This document shows positions 8,206 through 17,710 of a stretch of 64,000 bases of DNA, one piece after another; position 1 is the stretch's first letter; each line of letters begins with the position of its first letter. Origin of the DNA: Blastocatellia bacterium. GTDB taxonomy: Bacteria; Acidobacteriota; Blastocatellia; UBA7656. The position numbers were made by a program, and so were the translations under genes. The notes beneath the pieces are model-generated. The model was not told the origin of the DNA, made no database searches, and saw nothing but the letters and a program-made list of their open reading frames with translations. The stretch spans positions 576,001 through 640,000 of the forward strand of contig CAVXWP010000008.1 of assembly GCA_963765495.1 (NCBI GenBank). Reading direction: 5' to 3'.

Positions 8206-10224
8206 ATGAATCGAATACATAAGATGGCCTTCCGTTTACTCGTAGCCTCCCTAGTTTTGTTCTGTTTTGTCGGCCAGATGCAGGCCCAAACGCCTTCGCC
8301 TCAGGAGTCATCGAAGCCGGCAGAAGCTAAACCCGATCAAAAGAAAGCAGAAGAAGATCCGTTTGCGCCTGAGCCTGCGCCACCGCTTCCCGCCGGAATG
8401 ACCGGCTCAGATACCAACGACCCGCGAGCCAAGCTGAAACCGGGATTATTCGACGCAGGAGAAGCATCGCTGGGCATGAAGCACCTCCTGCTCCTCAAAA
8501 AACCAGGTCCGTTTCAACTCGACTTTGATCCTGATAATCCAAGAGTTCAGAAGACCTTAGGTCTGCTCGGCGTTGCCGAGCCCGCGAAGATGCCCAAGTC
8601 GCTGCAATTGGTTATTGCTCAACTGGCGTTTGCAAACTCGGACCTCGCCTTCCAGGGACACTACCTGTTCCAGGGTAATTTTTATGGCGTCAATATCTAT
8701 GACATCTCCAATCCCGATAAAGCCCAGTTGTTGACTTCGATGATTTGTCCGGGTGGACAGGGGGATGTGTCGGTTTACAAGAATTTGATGTTTATGTCGG
8801 TCGAGCAGCCAAATGGCCGCCTCGATTGCGGCGCACAGGGATTTCCACCTGCACCTCCGCAGCCCCCCGGCCAGGAGAAAAAGCCAACTATCCCCGCACC
8901 GCAAAAAGACCGATTCCGCGGCGTGAGGATTTTCGATATATCCGACATTAGAAGCCCTAAGCAGGTAGCTGCAGTGCAAACTTGTCGCGGCTCGCACACG
9001 CATACGCTGGTCGTCGATCCGAAGGATAAGAACAACGTCTACATCTATGTATCGGGCACTTCGTTCGTGCGTCAAAATGAAGAGTTGGCCGGGTGCTCGG
9101 GTGAAGCACCGGATAAAGACCCGAACACGTCGCTGTTTCGCATTGATGTGATCAAAGTGCCGCTGGCTGCGCCGCAGGATGCACGAGTGGTGTCCAGTCC
9201 TCGTGTGTTTATCGACCCCCGTACAGGCGCAATCAACGGCTTGAACAACGGAGGCACCCACGGCAAAGACGGCGAGGAGAAGGCAACCGACACCAATCAG
9301 TGCCACGACATCACTGTCTATTCAGCGATTGGGTTGGCCGCGGGGGCCTGCTCCGGAAATGGAATCGTGCTGGACATAAAAGATCCCGTGCATCCAAAAC
9401 GTCTGGACGCCGTGAACGATCCGAACTACTCATATTGGCACTCGGCCTCGTTTTCGAACGATGGTAAGAAGATCGTGTTCACCGATGAGTGGGGAGGCGG
9501 ACTGGGCGCCCGTTGCCGCGCCAACGATCCTAACAAATGGGGCGCTGATGCGGTGTTTCATTTGAAGGACAACAAGCTGAGTTTCGCAAGTTACTACAAG
9601 TTGCCGGCAGCACAGGGCGACACCGAGAATTGTGTTGCACATAACGGTTCTCTCATTCCAGTTCCCGGCCGGGATATAGAAGTGCAAGCCTGGTACCAGG
9701 GTGGCATCTCTGTTATGGACTTTACCGACGCGGACCATCCGGTTGAAATTGCCTATTTCGATCGTGGGCCAATCGATCCACATATGCTCGTACTGGGAGG
9801 CGACTGGTCTGCCTACTGGTACAACGGCCACATCTATGCTTCAGAGATCGCTCGCGGGCTGGACATTTTTGACCTAACCCCAACTGAGTTTTTGACTCAG
9901 AATGAGATCGATGCTGCGAAAACGGTGCGAGTGGCCGAGTTCAACGTGCAGAACCAGCAAAGGATCGAGTGGCCGGCTCAGTTGGTTGTAGCCAAGGCAT
10001 ATCTGGATCAGTTGGAGCGATCACAGGCCCTGCCAGAGAAGCAAATCGCCGCCGTGCGGATGGAGATTCAAAGCGCAGAGAATTCAAATCTGGATCGACC
10101 AGCACTCGCAAAACTTCGGGGCTTGGCGCGATCGCTGAAAGAAAGCGCTGGAATGACCAAGAATACAGTAGACGCGAAGCGATTGCAGGCCCTGGCGGAA
10201 ATCCTACAGCGGCCCGCAAAGTGA
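8206..10224 (+). CDS. secreted LVIVD-repeat beta-propeller protein
   Basis: Signal peptide; repeated IYDISNP/IFDISD units; GSHTHT, CHDIT, DEWGGG and CVAHNG motifs; 10 bp downstream of the DUF305 gene. Confidence 0.85.
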   Translation: MNRIHKMAFRLLVASLVLFCFVGQMQAQTPSPQESSKPAEAKPDQKKAEEDPFAPEPAPPLPAGMTGSDTNDPRAKLKPGLFDAGEASLGMKHLLLLKKPGPFQLDFDPDNPRVQKTLGLLGVAEPAKMPKSLQLVIAQLAFANSDLAFQGHYLFQGNFYGVNIYDISNPDKAQLLTSMICPGGQGDVSVYKNLMFMSVEQPNGRLDCGAQGFPPAPPQPPGQEKKPTIPAPQKDRFRGVRIFDISDIRSPKQVAAVQTCRGSHTHTLVVDPKDKNNVYIYVSGTSFVRQNEELAGCSGEAPDKDPNTSLFRIDVIKVPLAAPQDARVVSSPRVFIDPRTGAINGLNNGGTHGKDGEEKATDTNQCHDITVYSAIGLAAGACSGNGIVLDIKDPVHPKRLDAVNDPNYSYWHSASFSNDGKKIVFTDEWGGGLGARCRANDPNKWGADAVFHLKDNKLSFASYYKLPAAQGDTENCVAHNGSLIPVPGRDIEVQAWYQGGISVMDFTDADHPVEIAYFDRGPIDPHMLVLGGDWSAYWYNGHIYASEIARGLDIFDLTPTEFLTQNEIDAAKTVRVAEFNVQNQQRIEWPAQLVVAKAYLDQLERSQALPEKQIAAVRMEIQSAENSNLDRPALAKLRGLARSLKESAGMTKNTVDAKRLQALAEILQRPAK

Positions 10225-10379
10225 GCCGCAGGCAGAAGATGCCGCATCAGGATGACTTCGTGGTGTTGCGCGCGTTCGGAGTCATCCTTAGATAAACCTG
10301 GGTGGCACTATGAGTAGCCAACAAAGCTGTCTTCTCCCACGAGTTTGCACCCTCCCAAATGATAATAGCTTGACTTCCT

Positions 10380-10398
10380 GATGAATTCGTCGTTAGGC
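10380..10398 (+). repeat. attC right half (L'-R')
   Basis: GATGAATTCGTCGTTAGGC, 18/19 identical to 13150-13168. Confidence 0.6.
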
Positions 10399-10476
10399 TC
10401 CCTTCCCTGATTACTCGCGGTCAGGTAAATCCAATCAAGCACGTCATCGCCATTTTTCAGATCAACAGGGGAGAAT

Positions 10477-11262
10477 ATGAGCCCCGTTTATTCTTGGAGG
10501 AGCATGACTTCAATAGATAGTAATAACTCAATCAACTTCACAGCGAGACTTGCCGGGTTCCTTTATCTCTTAATGTCCCCTTTCGCTTTCTTCACCTTAT
10601 TTGTACACTTCAATCTTTTTGTGCCCCACAATGCCTCAGCTACAGCCAATAATATTTTGGCTTCTCAATCGCTATTTCGTAGCGGTATTGTTAGCTGGCT
10701 TATATGCCAGACAATCTTTATTTTGTTGCTCCTACCTTTATTTAACTTGTTCAAACCTGTTAACACAAACCTTGCCTTGCTAATGGTCATATTTGCTCTC
10801 ATCAGCGTTCCTATCTCATTTATTAACGAGCTCAACCAATTTGCTGCCCTGATACTTTTGAACAACGCTTACTTTTCTAGCGCATTCGAAGTAGATCAGT
10901 TGCATGCCCAAGTGATGTTCTTTCTCCAGTTGCACGAACACGGTTTTCATATCGTCCATATATTTTGGGGCCTTTGGTTGTTTCCGCTTGGTTATTTGAT
11001 ATTTAAGTCTGGCTTCCTTCCCAAAATTCTTGGCATATTGTTGATAATTGGAGGATTGGGCTATCTTATAGATTTTATTACCTTCGTAGTTTTTCCCAAC
11101 TTCGATGCAACAATCACTCAGTTTACATTTATTGGAGAATTCTTACTTCCCTTGTGGCTATTGATTAAGGGGGTAAACGTAGAGCAGTGGGAAAGATGGA
11201 CACTTGAATATAGACCATCCAGAAGAGATAGAGAGTTTGATGCTTTGGCCAATACTGAGTAA
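10477..11262 (+). CDS. DUF4386-family membrane protein
   Basis: ARLAGFLYL, FWGLWLFPLGYLIFKSGFLPKILG and WLLIKGVN motifs; visibly AT-rich. Confidence 0.85.
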   Translation: MSPVYSWRSMTSIDSNNSINFTARLAGFLYLLMSPFAFFTLFVHFNLFVPHNASATANNILASQSLFRSGIVSWLICQTIFILLLLPLFNLFKPVNTNLALLMVIFALISVPISFINELNQFAALILLNNAYFSSAFEVDQLHAQVMFFLQLHEHGFHIVHIFWGLWLFPLGYLIFKSGFLPKILGILLIIGGLGYLIDFITFVVFPNFDATITQFTFIGEFLLPLWLLIKGVNVEQWERWTLEYRPSRRDREFDALANTE

Positions 11263-11263
11263 A

Positions 11264-11290
11264 GGCGCGACGCTGAATTCGGCGTTAGGC
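11264..11290 (+). repeat. attC right half
   Basis: GGCGCGACGCTGAATTCGGCGTTAGGC, near-identical to 3866-3892. Confidence 0.7.
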
Positions 11291-11377
11291 TCGCTGATTG
11301 CCATTTATTAACATCTGATTTACAGTATCGCTGTGATCGCAAATCGAAATAATTCCAATCAGTCACTATTTGATCTC

Positions 11378-11425
11378 TAATCCGCGCTAATCCGCCTGAT
11401 CCGAGTCATCCGCGGCCTATTTCAA
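11378..11425 (-). repeat. 48-bp dispersed CGGAT-period repeat, copy 1
   Basis: Reverse complement reads TTGAAATAGGCCGCGGATGACTCGGATCAGGCGGATTAGCGCGGATTA. Confidence 0.8.
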
Positions 11426-11457
11426 TTCACCGTGCATTCAATTTAACCTGGCAAAAC

Positions 11458-11555
11458 GCCTGACGCATGTTGCCCGCAATTCAAAAACTGAATGACCCTG
11501 AATCAACCTCTTGGTTGAAGGACATTTCGAAGCGCGCTCAACCGGGGGGTTAGAT
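11458..11555 (+). repeat. degenerate attC site
   Basis: GCCTGAC ... GTTAGAT; the R' is the exact complement of the next site's R'' ATCTAAC (12452). Confidence 0.5.
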
Positions 11556-11595
11556 GCGTCTGGAAAATATTGGATAGTTAAAATATGATTTTGAA

Positions 11596-12393
11596 ATGAC
11601 AACTATAGGAACTGTAGAAAGTTTATGGCGTTATCCGGTTAAAAGTATGCGCGGCCAGGAAATTCCCGAAGTTTTTATGGGATTTTCGGGAATCTATGGC
11701 GACCGATGCTACGCTTTCAAAAATTCTGCTGCTCGCAAAGGCTTTCCTTATTTGAACGCAAATGTGCAGCAACAAATGCTGCTTTATCGTCCGCAATTCC
11801 GTCACCCGGAACGAGCATCAAAACCGCCGAATTTGGCTGAAGCGGATAGCATCGCGCCCGGCGTCACTCCTGCAAATGGTGATGCGGAGGATATGGCATT
11901 AGACATTGTTACGCCCTCAGGTGAACTCATTTCCGTTGATGATCCAGCACTTATAAAACTACTTGGCGCAGGAATCAGCGAAAAGAATCAACTAACACTC
12001 GTGCGATCAGACCGAGCTTTAACTGATTGCCGTCCGGTTTCAGTAATCAGCGTGTCAACCGTTCGGCAGGTTGAATCGGAATTGGGTATGCCGATTGATA
12101 AGCGGCGTTTTCGGGCAAACATCTATTTCAATTTCGCGTCTGAGAGCGGCGGATTTGCCGAAGATAATTTTGTCGGTCGCCGTCTGCGTATCGGTTCAAA
12201 GGCGATAATAATGGTTCTTGAGCGTGACCCGCGCTGTAAGATGATTTCGCTCGACCCGGACACCGGTGAACACAACCCTGAAATTTTACGGATGGTCGCC
12301 CAAGCCCACGGTAATTTAGCCGGTGTTTACTGTGCTGTGTTGGTCGAAGGCATATTGAAAAAAGGGGACTTAATCGAACTGATCGCCGATTGA
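11596..12393 (+). CDS. MOSC-domain protein (gene cassette)
   Basis: LWRYPVKSMRG, GDRCYA, RRFRANI and RC motifs. Confidence 0.9.
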   Translation: MTTIGTVESLWRYPVKSMRGQEIPEVFMGFSGIYGDRCYAFKNSAARKGFPYLNANVQQQMLLYRPQFRHPERASKPPNLAEADSIAPGVTPANGDAEDMALDIVTPSGELISVDDPALIKLLGAGISEKNQLTLVRSDRALTDCRPVSVISVSTVRQVESELGMPIDKRRFRANIYFNFASESGGFAEDNFVGRRLRIGSKAIIMVLERDPRCKMISLDPDTGEHNPEILRMVAQAHGNLAGVYCAVLVEGILKKGDLIELIAD

Positions 12394-12451
12394 TTTTTCG
12401 ATTATCGTTTGTGGCTTTCTTTTGACAGTATTTGAATGTAAACAGAGGCAC

Positions 12452-12562
12452 ATCTAACAATTCATTCAACCCCACCGCCCTCAGATTGCCATTCATAAAC
12501 ATTCTTTGGGTTCATTCATGTTGCCGCTTGCGGCGGGCGGCGGGTTAATACGGGTGTTAGGC
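12452..12562 (+). repeat. attC site, 111 bp (different family, intact)
   Basis: ATCTAAC-AATTCATTCAACCCCACCGCCC...GGGCGGCGGGTTAATACGGGT-GTTAGGC. Confidence 0.9.
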
Positions 12563-12590
12563 ATCCAGGGTTCGCTACCGAGGTAGAGTA

Positions 12591-13076
12591 ATGGAAACAA
12601 AATGGCTCCCGGTATGGCCGAAGAAGAAATTGCTAATCATAGTGCCCATACTTCCCATACTGATCCTCACTGCGTTTCTTCTCTCAGGCCCTGTCCTTTT
12701 ACAGACTTACTTATTTGCTGATCTATTTGGCAACTTATCCGACCCTCCCCTGATAATTATGAGCCCTCTCAGGAATAAAGACCCCGAAATGATAGCCAAT
12801 TCTTTTCTTAACCAACTCCAGACCCTCGAACCATCAACTATACTCCGCTCTGTCATCAAGAATGATGCGGACTTTGAGCATATATGTCTTATGGAAAAAG
12901 AACATCGTTTGAAGACCTGGTCTGACTACACCCGCGAAGACAGAGGTGATGAAGTCGTTCTGACGTACTGGCCGCTTCGTGAGAGTTACCTTGATGGATT
13001 TGCCCCTCCCATTATTATCAAAGTGGGCAAAGTTGGGAATGATCTAAGAGTGATTTTCTACAATGCATTATATTGA
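12591..13076 (+). CDS. hypothetical membrane-anchored protein (canonical single-gene cassette)
   Basis: 161-aa ORF filling the space between two attC sites; RBS GAGG; N-terminal TM segment. Confidence 0.75.
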   Translation: METKWLPVWPKKKLLIIVPILPILILTAFLLSGPVLLQTYLFADLFGNLSDPPLIIMSPLRNKDPEMIANSFLNQLQTLEPSTILRSVIKNDADFEHICLMEKEHRLKTWSDYTREDRGDEVVLTYWPLRESYLDGFAPPIIIKVGKVGNDLRVIFYNALY

Positions 13077-13083
13077 AGAACCC

Positions 13084-13168
13084 TCCTAACCACTCATGCC
13101 AGCGGACGCGCTTTCCAACATTTCGTGTTCCACCAGTTCCCTGCGCGCAGATGAATCCGTCGTTAGGC
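13084..13168 (+). repeat. attC site, 85-bp family
   Basis: TCCTAAC-CACTCATGCCAGCGGACGCGC...GCGCGCAGATGAATCCGTC-GTTAGGC. Confidence 0.85.
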
Positions 13169-13500
13169 TTTCTTCCATTTGTGCCAAGGTTCTGGCTTAT
13201 TTACACTTGATCTGCATACTCAACATCAAGATAGCCTCTTCAATTCTCGATGGGTCTGCAATCTGCCTTCTTATAGTCAGATTGCCTCTGGCTTGACTAT
13301 ATAAGCGACCAGTCCTCCTACCTCCGCTCGCTCCGCCTGAGCCTTGACCTTTCCTTGCAGTGTCTCAAGTGTTGCTTTTGCTCGGCGACGGTCCATACAG
13401 TAATCAATATCCCTTTAATTCATGTGATTTTTCCTGATGACTGCAACCTATTGCTCACCTGTAGCACTGACTGGGTGGTTCATCTCATATAGGGGGAATT

Positions 13501-16107
13501 ATGGAGACTTTCTGGCAGGACCTGCGTTATGGCTTGAGGATTTTGCTAAAACAGAAAGGAGTAACGGCGACCGCCTTGCTCTCATTGGCGCTCGGCATTG
13601 GCGCAAACACGGCTCTCTTCAGCATAGTTGATGCGATGCTGTTGAAAACGCTCCCCGTTAAAGAACCGGAGCGGCTGGTGCTTTTCCGATCTGTCTCCCC
13701 ACACGAATTTAGTCCCGGCAGCTATGGTGGCTATTGGGACCTCGATCCGGCGACAGGGCAAAATGTTATGACATCCTTCCCTTACCAAAGCTACTCGCGG
13801 ATGCGCGAGCAGCAGAGCGTGCTGTCGGACCTCTTCGCTTTTGGAGATGTCAGTCTGAATGTGAACGCCGACGGGCAGGCCGACGTAGCCAAAGGGCAGG
13901 CTGTATCAGGCAACTATTACGCCGGGCTGGGTGTCTAGGCGATACTTGGCCGTACACTTACCGATGAAGATGATCGGGCAGGAGCCAGTCCTGTTGCCGT
14001 ACTCAGCTACCGTTACTGGCAAAGTCGCTTCGGCGGCGACGTTGCGGTAATAGGCAAACAGGTCAACTTGAACAATGTCGCCTTCACGATCATCGGAGTC
14101 ACGCCGCCGGGCTTTGAAGGAACAATGCAAGTCGGCTCGACCGAGGACGTAACGATCCCTATTGCATGGGAGCCGCAACTCTATGTAGACCCCAAAAGTT
14201 CGCGGATGTACGGTGCGGGCCAATGGTGGTTGCGACTGATGGGGAGATTGAAACCGGGAGCGACGCCCGAACAGGCAAAGGCCCAGTTGGAAAATGCGTT
14301 TCAACAATCCGTCATCGAGCATCGAGGCGCACGGCAGGCCCAGGCGCGAGCTTCAGGCGGGAATCCAATCAATGATTTAGACTCAAAGGATTATCCGAGC
14401 CTCTTTCTCGACCCCGGCGGGCGGGGCGAAATGAATGAGCGGCGGCATTACGCGCCATCGCTTTATCTATTGCTCGGCGTTGTCGCGCTGGTGCTGCTGA
14501 TTGCGTGTGCGAACGTGGCAAACCTTTTACTGTCACGGTCGGCGGCGCGACACAAAGAGATCGGCCTTCGGCTGGCACTTGGCGCGAGTCGCTGGCGGCT
14601 GGTTCGACAGATGTTGACGGAAAGCGTGCTACTGGCAAGTCTGGGCGGGGCAATCGGTATTGCCTTCGCGGTCTGGATCAAGGACGGATTGCTGGCTGTG
14701 AGTGATTGGGGCGGAAGAGGGATGAGCGCACTGGAGCCACAACTCGACTGGCGCGTGCTGGGGTTCACTATGGGGCTGTCGTTGTTGACGGGGATTATCT
14801 TTGGTCTCGTGCCAGCGTGGCGTCTAACAAATGTAGATTTAACTTTAGCGATCAAAGGGAGCGGACGAGTTTCGAGCCTGGCATCGCGTTCGTTGCTGAG
14901 TCGTGGGCTGGTAGTTTCACAAGTGGCGCTATCATTACTGCTTATGGTTGGCGCGGGGCTGTTTGTGCGGACACTGCTCAATCTGAAACGTGTGGACCCG
15001 GGCTTCAATACACACAATCTGCTGTTGTTCACCGTCCGGCCAGGATTGCTTGGCTACAAGGACGAAAGAGTGACGCAAATATTTGAGCAATTAGCCGAAC
15101 ACATCGAAGCACAGCCGGGCGTACAAAAGGTTACCTTTTCTGGTGTTCCATTACTTGCAAGGATTCAAAGCACACGTAGCGTCTATTTGCGTAACGCGCT
15201 GACTGCCGTGCCCGATGCAGAAGGGAAAATCAAACCAAGCGGGCAGTGCAAAATTAATCACTTGCGCGGAAATTTTCTGGAAGTGATGGATATTCCACTC
15301 CTAGCCGGACGTGCGCTGAACGCGCGCGACGACGCGAGTGCGCCAGAAGTAGTGATCGTCAACCAGACCTTCGCCAGCCAGTTTTTCCCCAATGAAAACC
15401 CCATTGGCAAACGCTTCACCTTCAATTCTAGTAAACCCGACGAATTCGAGATTGTTGGCCTCGCCAGGGATGCAAAATACACGAAGCAACGGGACGAGAT
15501 TTCCCCAACTGCTTATGTGCCGTGGCAGCAATGGCTAAGCGCAATGGAAGGTAAAGCAACTTTTGAGGTACGCACCGCAGGTGAGCCTACCAGCGTTATT
15601 ACAGCGATTCGCCAAGCCGTGCGCGAGGTAGATAGCGATCTGTCGCTTGCTGACGTTCGCACCCAGATCGAACAAGCCGATCAGACGCTGGCAATGGAAC
15701 GATTGTTAGCCAAGTTGATGACGTTGTTCGGGTTGCTCTCTCAGCAACTCGCTGCGATAGGGTTGTTCGGGATAATGGCGTATTCGGTTTCGCAACGCAC
15801 GCGCGAAATTGGGATTCGCATGGCAGTCGGGGCAAATCGCGGCGACGTATTAAAGATGGTTTTGCGGCAGGGGATGACACTTGCCTTTCTAGGCCTCGTG
15901 TTGGGGTTGACTTGTGCGTATGTGTTGACAAAGTATCTGGAAAGCTGGATGAATCTATCGCAGATGTTTTATGGTGTACCTCTTTTCGATCCGTTAACCT
16001 ATAGCCTGATTACCGTATTGCTTATGCTAGTGGCGATGCTGGCCTGTTTGATACCAGCATGGCGAGCAGCGAAAGTTGACCCTAATGTGGCGCTTCGCTA
16101 CGAGTAA
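13501..16107 (+). pseudogene. ADOP/MacB-FtsX duplicated ABC permease with a single in-frame amber stop
   Basis: [35 protein letters not shown] and QRTREIGIRMAVGA motifs; TAG at 13936-13938 in GLGV*AILGR, reading frame unchanged. Confidence 0.85.
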
Positions 16108-16187
16108 TACCAAATCTATTCAGAAGATGAGGTTTGACACTCGAATTCGTAAATTCATAAAGATTTTCAACATGCTGGTTAGAATAC

Positions 16188-16235
16188 TTGAAATAGGCCG
16201 GGACGGACGCGGATCAGACGGATTTTCGCGGATTA
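16188..16235 (+). repeat. 48-bp dispersed CGGAT-period repeat, copy 2
   Basis: TTGAAATAGGCCGGGACGGACGCGGATCAGACGGATTTTCGCGGATTA. Confidence 0.8.
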
Positions 16236-16367
16236 AACCTATCCAACCTGCAACGATAGATCGAAGCTGCCTATGTTGCGATCGACAATAGAGCAGATAC
16301 AGCGCAACAAACAATCCAGTTCGATTGTGTCCGATGGAGGGAATCCTGGTCCCGCCCAGAGCTATCC

Positions 16368-17081
16368 CTAGGCTCCGGCGAGTGTGACCCCTTGCGCATT
16401 TGCATGGGGTGAGTAATGCCGTTCCTTGAACCCCTTGGCCATCAGCCATAGTGCCACTGCCACGTGGATCGGAGCCAAAGGCATCGCCAACTCTGTCACA
16501 GTGTGATAACCCAAAAACCCCAGTAATGTGACCCCTATGAACTGAAGCAATATCCCAATCAGTCCAAGAACAGCCAATACACGCGGAATCAGAGCGAAGC
16601 GCCACAGCACCATGTAGAACAGAAAAATCCAACCGCCGAAGCCAAGCAGTTGCGAATAATGAGCCCACCGCCGTGTCACGGCGACCGCTGCTCCAAGGGC
16701 TTGGGAAAGCCCTGCATCCGAAGCGCCTGCCTTTGTGTACTCCTGGCTCACAGATAACATAGACATCACAGTGACGTTATGGACAGCGTCCAGCGTACAA
16801 CTGACCACGCACACAGCCAGAAACCAGAGCGCCATCGTCTCGCTGTACTGCTGAACGACCGGCCAGGCTGCAATGGCGATGCCGACTGTAAGCACGCCGC
16901 CAACGAACGAGAGAAACACAGCCGCGCGTATCTGAAAAGAACTCTCCGCCGCAGTTGAAAGGAAGGCAGGGGACCCCGTCATCAAGGGCCGCAGCAAGAC
17001 GAAGGGCAGCGTTAGTCCCGCAGCCAACTGTAACAACAACAAGATGCCGGTAGTTTGGCCGATTCTCTTGGCAGTTCTCAT
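16368..17081 (-). CDS. DUF4386-family membrane protein
   Basis: Multi-TM protein; LIPRVLAVLGLIG and LWLMAKGF motifs; RBS GGAGG. Confidence 0.8.
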   Translation of the reverse strand: MRTAKRIGQTTGILLLLQLAAGLTLPFVLLRPLMTGSPAFLSTAAESSFQIRAAVFLSFVGGVLTVGIAIAAWPVVQQYSETMALWFLAVCVVSCTLDAVHNVTVMSMLSVSQEYTKAGASDAGLSQALGAAVAVTRRWAHYSQLLGFGGWIFLFYMVLWRFALIPRVLAVLGLIGILLQFIGVTLLGFLGYHTVTELAMPLAPIHVAVALWLMAKGFKERHYSPHANAQGVTLAGA

Positions 17082-17486
17082 TCTTACCTCCTAAGAATGG
17101 CTAGTTGCCGGGATCGCACATGTGCCGGTTGAGCACTTAACTGTACGGAAGAGTGATCGGAAAGTTCAGCGAAGCTTTCTGGTGCAGCCTAAACCTTAGG
17201 CGATTCGTAGATAAACATTGCCCACTGCATAGCTTGTCATTACCCAAATTTATTCGTTTATGGGTGGTGAAGTTGCAACAGCTTTAATTGCCGCATTTGG
17301 AGCGATGTCAATCGAGAGCCAAATAGCTTGGGTTTTGAACCTGACCCATGCTAAATCCTTTAGATTCGCATCGAATTCTCCCAAGTGAAAAGATTTGGGT
17401 AATGACAAGGTTTGCCGAGATGCCTGGCAGGCCCGCTATAGTACTGAAAAACAATCCCATTCAGTCTTATTTGACAAGGATTGACC

Positions 17487-17572
17487 GCCTGACTGCTCAT
17501 TTTAGCGGACCTTACATGCCAACGATTCAATATCCCGCTGCTACTAGGGCGTCGCTGAATTCGTCGTTTGAC
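17487..17572 (+). repeat. attC site, 85-bp family (partly degenerate)
   Basis: GCCTGAC-TGCTCATTTTAGCGGAC...GGGCGTCGCTGAATTCGTC-GTTTGAC. Confidence 0.75.
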
Positions 17573-17710
17573 GCCTGTGACACTCGCCGTCTTCAAGTTT
17601 TCATTTGCAGGGTTATGCGCTTTCGAACGTAGAGGAACTCTCACCCTACACAGCGTCCACGAAAGTGATCAATGCAGGCCATTCCATTCCTGGCCGTAAC
17701 CGTCTTAGGC

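Noticed and set aside
8557-9306. Long antisense ORFs (also 27682-28320, 29365-30171, 30710-31369, 42260-43216, 45293-45940, 47655-48290, 50474-51106)
   Set aside because: Shadow frames of well-supported genes in GC-rich DNA; no motifs.
13936-13938. Amber codon as pyrrolysine or stop-codon reassignment
   Set aside because: No pyl genes are seen, and TAG ends several intact genes in the window.
17187-17201. GCCTAAACCTTAGGC as a collapsed attC
   Set aside because: Only 15 bp with no L boxes; compatible with chance.
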